This document shows positions 1 to 11,999 of a stretch of 64,000 bases of DNA, one piece after another. Where the stretch lies: assembly GCA_053919585.1 (NCBI GenBank), contig CM132805.1, one strand, 5' to 3'. The first letter of the stretch is position 1. Every line of letters starts with the position of its first letter. Made by a program: the position numbers and the translations under genes. This stretch comes from Euprymna scolopes (taxonomy: Eukaryota). The notes under the pieces were generated by a model that saw only the letters and a list, made by a program, of their open reading frames with translations, had not been told where the DNA came from and did not search any database.

Positions 1-125
1 TGTAATACTCAAGGAAGCAATGTGATCAGATAGTTTATGATCATGTGAGGTTGAATGTAATACCCAAAGAAGCAATGTGATCAGATAGTTTATGATCATG
101 TGAGGTTGAATATAATACTGAAGCT
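1..125. repeat. 55-bp tandem repeat, about 2.3 copies visible (may continue left of the window)
   Basis: 1-55 and 56-110 are near-identical (tgtaatacYcaaRgaagcaatgtgatcagatagtttatgatcatgtgaggttgaa). Confidence 0.85.
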
Positions 126-1470
126 GATAACTCCAATGAAAATGAAGAAGTCCGACCAATTTCTATTTGTAGGAATGCCCACAACAAACAACCACGTCCA
201 CAATGCCACATGTGTGATCTTGAGACCAGGAGGGAGTCTGGAGTTGAATGTGATAGTCAAAGAAGCAAGCGCCCACATGTGTGTGCCTTGTGTGGCTGTA
301 CAACTTACCTTCAGGTCGGATCTGATAGAGAGAGAGATTAAAGATAGCATCTGTGGCTTTATAAGGTGTGGTCTCATGGAATCGCACAGGATTGTACCGC
401 CCACTGCACACATATTCAAATAAAATGCCTGTTGGCAGAGGTAAGAGAGACAGACGCGTACTGGAAGTTGAGAGAGAAAATTGTGAGGAGGAGGAAATAC
501 AGTGACGAATTCTGTGAACTTTTGTTTTTGTTTTTTTTCGCCCATTTAACTGCAAATCAATAATGAAGCAAATAACGTAGCTTTCTGACAAAATGTTACG
601 TTTTGAAAATATTATATACTTTTTAAAGCAGTTAGATTTATTATATGCAAGCAAGAAAAGCAACAAGAATCATTGAATTAAGATCTCTTTAAAAATGTAT
701 ATATTAATATTACTTTCATATGTTAAATCCATTCAAATACAGTTAACATCTCGAATGGTTTGGCCATCCACCTCCTGCATCAACTCAGTAACATGTATGG
801 ATACCAGAGACACAATGATGTGTGGAAGATCAAGAAAATGATAACGACATTATTGCAATTCTGTACATTTTTCGACCTGGGCCATGTATTCCTTTTCTTT
901 TAAGCACATGCGTTAATGTGTTCTTCTAGTCAGCTCTTAACTTTTTTTCTATCCTCCATCATGTGGTTACGTTTAAAATAAATACATATTTATAGCATTC
1001 AAGTAAAAATGTCTGTGTGCATGCGTGTGTGTGCATGTGCGTGTGTGTGCATGCGCGTGTGTGCGCGAGTTTGTTCTCTATTGACTCCACGACAACTGGG
1101 CTGATTTTTATGAAATTTCACACAAAAGGTACTTTATATATCTGGCAGTAATTTTACATAGGTTTTGTACCGATAAGTATCGATAATCGAAAACTTCTGA
1201 TGAAAGAAGGAACAGGCGATTTCGTCCAAAGTTAACACCTTACACAGCCTAACATCACAAGTGCATTTGACAAGTTTTATTTTTCAATCAATCAATCAGA
1301 TCTTCTTGTTGGTCTTCTTTAATTGTTAGCATGGGTTAGCAAAGATGCAACTATTAGCTATTCTCTATCCATGCAATAGATTCATCATTCATACATTTTT
1401 AGTCGCGTGCAAGCGACTCTATAAGTCGGTCCGTTGGTCTGTCGGTTGGTCTGTCCGTAACACTTTTGTG

Positions 1471-1506
1471 CTTGGTCTTTTGGCCAAGATCAAAGTGTAG
1501 TATCTG
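1471..1506 (+). pseudogene. U2: U2 snRNA 5' fragment (stem I plus branch-point recognition region), copy 1
   Basis: cttggtcttttggccaagatcaaagtgtagtatctg versus U2 CTCGGCCTTTTGGCTAAGATCAA(A)GTGTAGTATCTG; no downstream U2 body or Sm site. Confidence 0.9.
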
Positions 1507-1712
1507 CCGGAACAGATACTGCAAGCAAAGACCATATGTGGGGGAAGCCCCACATATAAGACCTTGGTCAATGTAGGGGCAACCCTTCATACCAATTGTC
1601 ACTATCCAGCTCCCCTACTCCTCGGGGAGTTGCTCCCCATTTTCCCCTTCACTCCTCACATTAAAAATCGGTCTTGTGCTTAATTTGCTCAGTTGGGGAG
1701 CAAATAAATACT

Positions 1713-1745
1713 GCTTTTCTTGGCCTTTTGGCCGAGATCAAAGTG
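1713..1745 (+). pseudogene. U2: U2 snRNA 5' fragment, copy 2
   Basis: gcttttcttggccttttggccgagatcaaagtg matches U2 nt ~4-34; U2 sequence resumes at 1968-1987 and again at 8963-8984. Confidence 0.9.
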
Positions 1746-1967
1746 GGAGTTAAGTAGGACGTCCCCAAATATGAAAGGGTGAATGCGGTATTATGGTGAA
1801 AGAAGATACTAGCTGGGAGAAACTTTTGACTTTGTTTAGTTCTGGAGTGACAAGGATGACCAATGACCCCTAAAAATCCCCCCTTTTGAGTTGGCCATGT
1901 GCCTAAGTTTTTTGTTCATCGTTGATTTTGACTGTATTTTTTAACATGAATAAAAAATTTAATATCT
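1744..1967 (+). mobile_element. Short copy of the Tx1 element 3' tail (5'-truncated insertion or SINE-like unit) in the U2 site
   Basis: About 90% identical by eye to 8743-8962, contains AATAAA near 1949, and is flanked by duplicated tcaaagtg. Confidence 0.8.
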
Positions 1968-2360
1968 CAAAGTGTAGTATCTGTTCTGATACATACACCG
2001 CGCAAGGTAGTGCTGTTCTGGCAACACATTCTCGTGCCCGGAACACCTAACGAGCTTGATGGGTAGCGTTCTGTCCGCACCTCCACTTGGTCTGTCTTTC
2101 TCTGCTCTCCCCCCTCATGGGGAGGATCCGAGCTGATAATTTACGACCTTCCCGCGAGGGAGGGTCAGAAACACCTTCTCTCTTCCCTCCACTAACTTCC
2201 CACTCCCTCTCTCAGTTCCATCTCTCCTCTTGCCGCCTTTTGGCGCCACTTCTTTTTGGCGCCAAAGTCGGCTCCCCACTTTGGACGCTGACTCCACGTC
2301 ACTCTTTTCAGTGATTTTTTTTAAAAGAGGGAACCAAAACCCCAGCCCAGGCGCCACCAA

Positions 2361-4885
2361 TATGGATACCCCCAGCCAGGGAGCTACTGCTCCCCAAGAG
2401 GACGACTCCCCAACAGGAGAAAAAACAACCGCTGACGAGGTGTACCGCCCGGATATGACAGCATTGGTCGCTCCCCAGGAGGGGGAAAATTTAACAACAG
2501 CTCCTCCCGAGGGCGACTCCCCCCCCACAAAGGGTAGCAAAACCAAAATCGGTCGTAGCATCTCACTCCAACCATAAAAAGGAGGAGGTGCCAGACCAAA
2601 AGGAGAATAAAGGGGACAGCGCTCCCCAGGAGGGCTGCTCTCCCAAAAGGGGAGCAGATCAAGAAAATGAGGGGGCATACCGCCTGGACCTCACAAACGA
2701 GGAAGGGGTAGATGGCCTCAAAGTAAACAAAAAAGATCATGCTCCCCAAGAGGCCGACTCCCCAAAACGGGAAGCTGCTCCCGAAAAAGACTAACCAAGG
2801 AGAATCAGGCCCAAAAGACACTAAAAAGGGAACCACCCCCCCAAAAATGTGACACTCCTACAAAAGGACAGACCAAGAAATCTGGGGAGGCAGGAAGCGT
2901 CGCCAATAAACAGGCAGGGGCGACCTCCATAAAAGACCAAAAACAGTCTAACCCCACCAAAGACCCCATACCAACACCACCAAGAGGGTCTGCGTGGGGG
3001 AAGACCGTAGAAAAACAACTGTCCCCTCAAGAGTATAGAGACCTGTACCTGACAAAGTACGGACAATACATAGAGAGGGCAGATATAAAACCCATACCAG
3101 GTGCCTGGGAGGCGGTTAAGGGCAGAGTCCTGTCCTTTGCCATTTCCGATATACCAGAAAACCGCCTCCTGGGGATGAAGTAGGAAGACATGGCGGGGCT
3201 CCTCCACAAACTTAACATCCAGGTACTATACCTGTACCAGAGGAGCTTCGCCGTGTGGGACATCCTCCTACCCACCAAGGACGATGCGGAGAGACTCTCC
3301 CTCCAAGAAATAAAGCATGGGAGAGTCAAACTAATACCCGAATACCAGGGCAAGAGAAGGATTCGGGTGCAGGTATTTAATGTGCCAACCCAAATACCTG
3401 CGGAAGTGTTAGGATGCCTCTTCAGCCAATACGGTGAGGTGGAACAGGTGACCCCAGTACGGTAAAAAACTGGGACTCACCTGGTCTGCTACACAATAGC
3501 AGTGAGGCTGAAGAGGGAGGGTGTTCGAGCGATACCACCGCTGCTTACATATAAAGACGCCAGCATAACAGTAGTGGTGGAGGGCCGTCGTCCACACTGC
3601 TGGTTCTGCCAAAAGCAGGGCCACATGGCTAGGAGCTGCCCCCAAAGGGTAACCCCTAATCAAACAACCCAAAAGGTAATCACAACCCCTGAGACAGTGC
3701 CCACGCCAAAACAGGCGGCAACAACCCCTGCAACTGCAGCACCAACCCCAGCTCCAAGGAAAACCCAAGCCACCCAGGAGGCCAAGGGGGAAGAATGGAG
3801 CACGATAGTGAGACAAAAACGGAAGCACATAATCCTTTCTGCCACCGTCCCAAAAATCGAGGCAGCAGCCTCTGCAAATGCAGCAACAACAACAGCCACC
3901 GCAGCCAATGCCGCGGAAACAACTGCAGCAACAACAATTACCGCAGCAGCAAAAGCAGCAGCAGCAACGACACCAGCGAGAGCAGCAGCAACAAAAACAG
4001 CTGCAGCAGCAACTAGAGGAGTAGACACAACCAACGGTCTCCACACAAATCGAGACGGGGATCAAGCAGAGAAAAGACTGCTCCTCTGAGGATGAATCCG
4101 CAAGTGAGAGGGAGAGGAACTCAACTTCACCTCTCCCCGGTTCATTGGAAAGAATAAAAAAGAAAAACAAAAGAAGAAAAGAGGAAGAAAAGGTGGCCCC
4201 CCCACTCCCTGTGAACATACACCACCCCTAACAACAAAATCCACCTCCACCCCCCAAACCACACACTGCACCAACACCAAACACCGCACCAACACCAGAC
4301 ACCGCACCAACAACAAACATGGCACCAACACCAGACACCGCACCAACATCAGACACCGCACAAACACCCGTCCCCACACCAATGCAAACTGAGCCACCAC
4401 CCCAAAAAGAAGAGGAAAAGAATGAACCGAGGTAGGAGTGAGACTCCTCTGCCTCTCGCAGATCAACCAGATTAAAAGTCCTTGCCCCTGAGGAACTATG
4501 CTATGTAGACCCTCTATTTGTGGCCACAGACATTTCCCATCGGCAGAGGAAAAACTTAAAACCTCTGCTCGATTACAAACAGATAGAGAGGAAAGATGTA
4601 AATATCCTCTCAAATTTTCCGGACGCCCCACTCCTAATAACATTTGTCAGAACTCCAGAGGCCTGCAAGACCAACTTGTGGACAAGGCTGCAGGCCGCTG
4701 AAGGGGCGTTTCCGGGAATCAAACTGGTGAAAAAAAATGACCCTTCTCTTGACGAACTGTCAAAACAATACAAGGGAAGGGTCCCAGTGTTGGTCCATCC
4801 GTCACTCTACAGGGCCATAAAATTAATTTATCCTTTGGACGTCGGCGGCATTGCTGACTTTGGAGCTGAGTGTGACACACCCTAA
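2361..4885 (+). pseudogene. Tx1 ORF1 (gag-like nucleic-acid-binding protein), disrupted by stops and frameshifts
   Basis: APQExxSP repeats (2385-2770), RRM-like segment RIRVQVFNVPTQIPAEVL..LFSQYGEV, zinc knuckle CWFCQKQGHMARSC (3598-3639), Ala/Thr-rich tract, 18-bp repeats at about 4265-4385. Confidence 0.75.
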
Positions 4886-4895
4886 GGTAGGTACC

Positions 4896-7800
4896 ATGGC
4901 TTTGAATTTGGCTAGTTTGAATGCAAGGGGCTTGAGATCATCGGGCCGGGCGGCTCGCCTCCGGCACGACCTCTTGTCCCTGGGAGTGGATGTGATTCAG
5001 GAAACGCATTTCGTTTCCTCTGTGGACTGTCAGGTGCTGGCCCGAGATTTTGAGGTTTTCTCAGCATATGGCAGCCCGCGGGGGAAGGGAGTTTCCGTGC
5101 TAGTTAAACGTACCCTGTCGGCGACAGTCGACGTTGTCCATAGAGATGCGGTGGGAAGGCTGGTTGTGGCCGATGTTGCCGTAAAAGATTCTGTGTTTCA
5201 GGTGATCGCGGTTCATGCGTCTAGCACCGCTTGTGAGAGGGTCTCATTCTTCAGTCAGCTTGACGCGTTTGTAGATTGTCGGAAGCGGGTAGTGCTAATG
5301 GGAGATTGGAACGCCATCTTAGACCCTGAGATAGATAAGGTAGGAGGCGATGCTAGAGGATCGGAGAGGTGCGAGTCCAGTCTGGCTGATCTGATGGCTA
5401 GATGTGGTCTGGTTGACAGGTTTCGGGCTGAGCATCCGGGGCGGGAGATGTGGACATGGACCAATAGTGTTTCGTCTGATCCAAACACTTACTTGGAAAG
5501 GATGTTAGTTAGGAGAGGCGAAGTGGACTTCTTATCTTGTCCCACGTTCACTTGGCTAGGCCAGACAGATCATAAACTAGTTATGGCCCGGCTGAAGCTA
5601 GGAAATAGGCCTAAGTTAGTGGCTCACTGGAAGTTAAACACTTCCCTTCTGGAGATACAAGACTTCCAAGAGAAGCTAATAGAATTAATTCAAAAAGCAC
5701 TAGTGGGGGCGGTTACTGGGAGTAAGTGGTGGGTAGATTAGAACTTTCTCCATCAAGTATGCCCAGCACCTCGCACTAGATAAGGCCAAGACGAAGAAGA
5801 AGCTAGAACAGAAAGCCCGGGCTACGGGGGAGGGTTATAGGGTTAGTCAGGAACTAGCTAAGCAGGACCTTCTGCGTGAGAATAGTGAGCGTTATGAAGG
5901 TCAAGTAGTCAGAGCTAGGCTTAGAAAGGTAAGCAATGAAGCAGTCAACTCCAACACTGACACACGTCATGAAATTTCTAGGCGTGGCTTGGACAAGTGC
6001 ATTGCAAAGGTAAGACATCCAGATGGACACACCCTTGAATCAACTCGGGAGATCTGCAAGGGGTTTTGAGAACATTTTGAGGAGCGTTTTACGCAGCAGC
6101 CCGATCTTCCGGTCCTTGAGTTTAGCAACTATTTGGCCGACTCTCCCCGCTTCGAGGCGGCTAGAGCGGCTAGTTGCGAGGGCCAGGTGATGGAGCGGGA
6201 GGTTTTCACTGCGCTGAAGCAGGTCAGCTGTGACAGATCGCCGGGACTCGATGGTCTGCCATACAAACTCTATTTGAGGCTGTCGCCCATGTTTCTGCCT
6301 CTTCTGACGGATGTGTTCAACCATTGGTTTGCTCAGGGATCCATCCCAGGGCAACTCACCAAGGGAGTGATCACATTGCTGAGGAAAGGTGACGGGCATG
6401 GTGGGGAAGAGCTAGACGATTACAGGCCCATAACTCTGCTAAACACAGAGTTGAAGATTTTGGCCAAGGTCCTGTCGAATCGGCTGCAGGTTGTTATCGG
6501 CGAGTTGGTTGAACCGGAACAGAACTACGCTGTGGAGGGGAGATCGATTCAGAACAACTTGCACCTGATCCGCATGATCCTAGAGGGAAGGATAGATGAC
6601 GACACGGAAGCCACGCTGATCAACTTAGATCAATCTAAAGCTTTCGATAGGGTCGACCATCGTTTCTTGGCATCTGTCTTAGAGGCCGCCGGTTTTAAAC
6701 CGGACTTCTGCAAGTGGATCTCCGCAATGTATCGACAGCCCACAGCCGTCGTGCAAGTCAACGGAAAGCACTTGAAACCCTTTGTTATCTCTCGGTCGGT
6801 TCGTCAGGGTTGTCCGCTGTCGCCCCTGCTCTATGTCCTGGCTTTGGAGCCCCTGCTCCGCAAGCTGAGACGTGGCAGAATTGCAATACCCGGTGGCTCA
6901 GCCGCCAAGGTATCCGCGTTCACCGATGATGTCATGGTCTTTGTGTCGAGCATCAGAGACATCGAGATCATGTCGGAGGCGCTCGCTCAGTATGAAAGAA
7001 TTACAGGGACCCAGATAAACTGCAGCAAGTCGGTAGGACTGCAGTTGGGCGCCTGGAGTTGCAACACCAACCTCCCGGCGCCCTTCAGCTGGAAAGATGG
7101 CCCGGTTCGGATCCTCGGCGTGTGGTTCGGACCGGGTCTCCAGTTTGACAAAAATTGGTTGGAGGTACGGTCAAAAGTGGAGGCTGCAGTCAATTCGTGG
7201 CTTCCTAGGAAACTATCCTTAAAGGGTAGAGCTGAGGCGTGCATCACTTAGGTCTTTCCTCTCATCCTTTACCGACTAGCCGTACTTCCCCTGCCTGCAC
7301 AACACCTAACAGCTCTTGTCGAACTCTTGTCCTCGCTTCTTTGGGACAGAGGAAAACACTGGGTGAGCAGACAGGTCTGTATTCAACGTCTGTGTGAGGG
7401 AGGCTTGGGAATGCTATACTTGAAGTGTCATCAAGACGCTGAGAGGCTGGCCTTCCTGATCCACTATATGCAAAATGACCAACCGTGACACCCCGTGGTT
7501 ACTGCTGCCTTCTCCGACCTCGTTCTCGACCCTTCTATCGAGAGCCATCGCAGGCCGCGGGGAGAATCTGCCTACATGAAAGAGTGCTGAGCCGCGCTAA
7601 AACGACTACCAAGGTCCAGCGACCTTGTGACTGCTACCCGTAGGGAACTCCACAGGGATCTAGTGAGGGGGGCTGCTGATGACCCACTGTGCGCGCGTTT
7701 GGGTTGGCAGCAGAGTGAGATCCGCTCCGCGTGGAGCTGGGCGCCAGGTTCGAGTCATCTGAACAATTTGGAGTTCTCTCTGACCTGGCGATTGGCCTGA

Positions 7801-8292
7801 AATGCACTTCCACTTAACAATGTACAATGCAGTTCCGGGTTTTTGGAGTCACCTGATTGTCCCCGTTGTGGGACAACGGGCGTAGAAACGACTGATCATG
7901 CTTTCTTCGATTGCCGCGAACTCCACCGGTACTGGTCGTATGTCAGTGAGGTCACGGCTCGCATCGATCCTGAGCATCCTCGCCCAATTACTGTATTAAA
8001 TGTCGTGGACAACGTGAGGCCACCGTGGGACCAGGAAAGACATGGTCTACGTTACAATCCTGGCCGTGGCGAGAATGGTGATTTGGACGTCGCGTCTGCA
8101 AGATTGCCGGGGGGGGGAGGGTTGTCTTTTTCTGATCAGGATCTGATCGCTTTCTTTAAACACCAACTACGGGTGAAGATCAGATGTGATAGGAGAAGGC
8201 TGCATCGCACTGCATTTGACAGAAGATGGATACATGTGGCAAGTCTGTGTGTACGAAGAGGAGCCAAATTTGAATACGTGTTCCCCGCCTAG
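4896..8292 (+). pseudogene. Tx1 ORF2: AP-endonuclease, reverse transcriptase and C-terminal zinc finger, with several stops
   Basis: SLNARGL, IQETH, MGDWN, TDH (APE); SPGLDGLP, YRPITLLNTELKI, LDQSKAFDRVDH, SVRQGCPLSPLLY, FTDD (RT); CPRC..ETTDHAFFDC. Confidence 0.93.
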
Positions 8293-11020
8293 GTGTGGAA
8301 CGCGCAGTTCCGTAAAGTAAAATTTAACAAATAGCCTCTCAGCTAGCTGAGTGTGTGTTCCATCCCTCCCTGATTAGGAAGCCTGCAAGATCCCCACCCC
8401 CTCTTTCTTGCAATTTTTGTTTTCACCCCCTCCTCTAAACTTCACTCATCTTGGAGAGAAAGAAATACAAACTAACCCTCATTCCTTACCCACAAAATTT
8501 TCTTTTCTCCATTCACCCCCATCTAGAGGGCATCCCCACTTAGAGGCTGACCCGCAGAAGCCAGGTTCCTTTTACAAACCTAGTGGAACGGGCAGTCTAT
8601 CAACTAGACGGGTTGGGAGGGTCCTACTAATCGCCCCCTGCCCCCCCTTTCCCCCCCCCGTCCTCGACACAAATGAATTACTGTACCTTTTTTATTGTTA
8701 TCTTTTTTGTTTTTACACGTCAATAAAAAATGTTTTAAAAATTGGGAGTTAAGTAGGATGTCTGCCAGTATGAAAGGGTGAATGCGGTATTATGGTGAAA
8801 GATACTCGCTGGGAGAAACTTTTGATTTTGTTTAGTTCTGGAGTGACAAGGATGACCAACGACACCCACAATCCCCACCTTTTGAGTTGGCCATGTGCCT
8901 AAGTTTTTTGTTCATTATTGATTTTCAATGTATTTTTAACATGAATAAAGGATTTAATATCCCAAAGTGTAGTATCTGTTCTTACTACATGCTGTACTTA
9001 TGTTTGTAACTTTGTGATATAAAGTGGGGGATCACTTTTCTCTATTAATTTGATGTAAAATGATCACTCACTTTACAACCAGTCAGTCTCAACGTCATTC
9101 AAGTCATTCTCCAGATCATTCAAGTTGTTTTGGAAAGATTCAAGTTATTTTTTAAGCATTCAAGTCATTCTTAAGGTCATTCAATTCATCCTTAAGTTCA
9201 TTAAAGTCATTCTAAGTCATTTACTTTTTATTTATTTAAGTCATTTCAGCCCATTTTTCGGTCATTTTAGTTTATCTTTAAGAATTTCATGTCAATCCTA
9301 CATTCACGCATTCATTCATTACACGAGAGCACGGCCTTGTTTTTGAGTAAAATAGAAATTAAATATTTTTTATTGTGTTGTGGTCTAGAATTTAAAAAAT
9401 TGCAATCTTTAAATGAATATGGGGAAATGTTCAATTTATAATAGAATAATTATAAATTGGACATTTCCCATAATGTATTCTATAATGAATTTAACTAAAA
9501 CAAAAGCTTTTTATATTGCCATGACCTCAGCTAAAAATCGATATAGACATTCTTTTTACTTTAAATGCAATGAAAAATAAATTGCTTTTATGTATAGAAT
9601 GTTTATTCAACAGTCATAATATTTTCATAAAAATTGATTTGCCGTTTTGGCAATTTCTTTAAATATGCTTTAGATCAACCAGAAGAAAAATTATTTTTAC
9701 GTTGTCTTTGGTCAGTTTTTATTTAATTTTAAAACTTTTCACAAATATTATCATGTCGTCATTTTTACAATAGTTGACTTTTTTATTAAAATACTAGCAA
9801 GATATGTGCTCGAGTGTTGCCCAGGAAAATTAAGGAAACAAAGAATGGCAACCCCAAGAAATAAATTGACTGGAAAAACATTTTACATCAAAACTCCCAA
9901 GATTTGTAGAGGGTGAACTCACCCTCTATTGTTTGCAGTGGAATAATTTAAAAGGGTCGCTTGGTCCTCTAGGCCAAGAATGAATATACGAATATGCCAA
10001 GATTATAATTTACAACCAATGTACATTTATTTACAGAGATTGTTACAAGAGTAATGAAAAATAGTTCAATTCTGAAGAAGCATAAGAAAACATGACTTGC
10101 GTAGTAATTCTGAGAGTCTCTTTGCGGGAGTGCAAATGTTTTTTGCGAAGGTGCAGTACAGGAGCATGGTGTGACGTGTTTGCATACTTTGGCATCCAAA
10201 TCAAACAAGAGGGTGAGAAATATCAAGTGAATAGGGAAGTAAGGTGTTAATGCCACCTTGCAGCAAAGAATGATATTAAAGGGCGATAATTAGGTTTATT
10301 TTAATGTTACAGGTTTGTGTTCATGGATAGAGAGCGGTACAGGAAGTAGTAGAAAATGCCACCTGTTGAATAAATCTATAGAGACAAGGGCAATCAACTG
10401 GTGCGTAATTGAGATACATTTGTGTGCATGTGTGCGTGGCATATCTAATAGCATATCAGTCTGAAAAGCATCTGCCCATAGACTTTATATAAAATATATT
10501 TGTAAATAGAATTAAAGTTTATAGTAAACTAAAAACAATCATTGAATTAGAAAACAATAAAAATGAGTAGTTAATTAATGACATATGCTTTTTCAAAGCA
10601 ATACCCAAATTAGCTAATCTTACATACATTATAAGAATATTAGTTGTAGTGAATGTATTTTTAATATGAATTTGGTGTTTTAATCTCACTATGAATGTGA
10701 TAAATTTTATAAATAAATGAGATTATTACCCTTTATTAACTTTAAGTTTGAATTGTGGCCCAAAGATATTGGGGTCGACTTCAAGATTATATATTCAGTT
10801 TTGCTTCATAAAGATTGTCTGGAAGTCAAGATGGCTGCCGTACAAACGTGTGACTAAAGATTAAAATATGTTGAAAATTTTAAATAAAAAATCTACTTGT
10901 TTTTCATTCAAATTTGCAATAATGGTCAACACAAAAAATGACAACATGAATTGTGAAAAATGTTGAAAATCAAATTAAAAAGTGGAAACATAACACACAA
11001 ATATGAAAAATATTTCTCAA

Positions 11021-11053
11021 CTAGCAGGACCAGATTCTTGGCGTTGCTCTAGG
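11021..11053 (-). mobile_element. Helitron-like 3' terminus (minus strand); related copy at 9794-9825
   Basis: Reverse complement reads ...gcaacgccaagaatctggtcctgCTAG|t, similar to the plus-strand end at 22072-22102. Confidence 0.45.
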
Positions 11054-11999
11054 AGATTAAAAGGATTAACTAATTGAATTGCTAATTTTTTTATGTTTGC
11101 ATGTATGTATACACCCCTCCCCAATGGGAAATTTACCTGGAACCTTGCTTTGTGTTTGCATGAATATGTGAACTGGAAATATCCTATATATAATATTTTG
11201 ATTGCAGAAATTCCCCTCTATACCAATTTACTGTAGGTTTGCAATAATAGATGCCACATACAAATTTATTACGTCTGAACTATTACTCAACATTTTATGA
11301 AACTTTTGCACTGTTACAGACACATTTATTTGTTAAAATAAAATCTTACATTACATCCTACGAGCACCATCATCACGACTGACAACATATTTAGACGAAG
11401 TAGTTTGTATTTTTCCCTCTACTTCAAAAGTCCTCCTACTGCCCCCAGTAAAGACCGGGTAAAAATATACACAATATAAATATATTGCTCTGATACCTTT
11501 ATTAAGTGCATTAATCCCTGACAGACATACTACTACCTTTACACTTCCCTATTCGAAAATAATTATTTCTCCCCACTTACATTCCAGGTATTCTCATTGG
11601 CTGAAAATGTAAAAATATGTTATTTCAGATTACACATTCATACTAAAAACGAACACTTCACATCTTCACGAATATGTCCTTTACCTCAACACAAATCAAT
11701 ATTTTTCTGAATATTAAATAAAAAAATATTCTAGAACTGTCATAATTATAACTTTTCGTAATTACATCCTCACATTTAACTACACACACACACACACAAC
11801 GTCACCACACATTGTTTGAAAAAATATACTTTCCTATCGCCGCATTTTTGAGAAGTTAACAATGAATGTTTACATTACCTTACCATAACTTTTGTTTTTT
11901 CCTTATCAAAAAGTATCCATGATAACACTTTAGAAATAAGTTGCAAAATCTTCTTTCATAAATGTTTCCATCTATTAAAAATACCATTGGTTTGTTGGG

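Larger units (their letters stand above)
1988..8962 (+). mobile_element. Full-length, decayed Tx1-clade non-LTR retrotransposon inserted in U2 sequence (Keno-like)
   Basis: ORF1 with CCHC knuckle; ORF2 with APE, RT and C-terminal CCHC; perfect 20-bp TSD caaagtgtagtatctgttct at 1968-1987 and 8963-8982, which is U2 sequence. Confidence 0.9.
1397..9341 (+). mobile_element. Non-autonomous Helentron/DINE-1-like (HINE-type) element interrupted by U2-site insertions
   Basis: Starts in a T-run with palindrome AGTCGC-n6-GCGACT (1401-1418) and a GGTC/GTCC microsatellite (1426-1458). After the retrotransposon come gtcattcaa-type tandem repeats (about 9094-9260) and (catt)n, ending ggccttgtt in a T-run. 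Architecture matches HINE/DINE elements; that both ends belong to one element is inferred. Confidence 0.55.

Noticed and set aside
96-666. Overlapping short ORFs at the window start
   Set aside because: No recognisable motifs, and they overlap a tandem repeat.
2014-2050. HDV-like ribozyme at the Tx1 5' end (ttctcgt loop)
   Set aside because: Only a simple hairpin tgttctgg/ccggaaca; no room for P2 and no matching P3 or J4/2.
3409-4643. Cys-rich and Val/Ala-rich minus-strand ORFs
   Set aside because: Antisense shadows of the low-complexity ORF1 region.
1471-8984. Functional U2 snRNA gene
   Set aside because: Only the first ~49 nt are represented; no stem II, Sm site or 3' stems.
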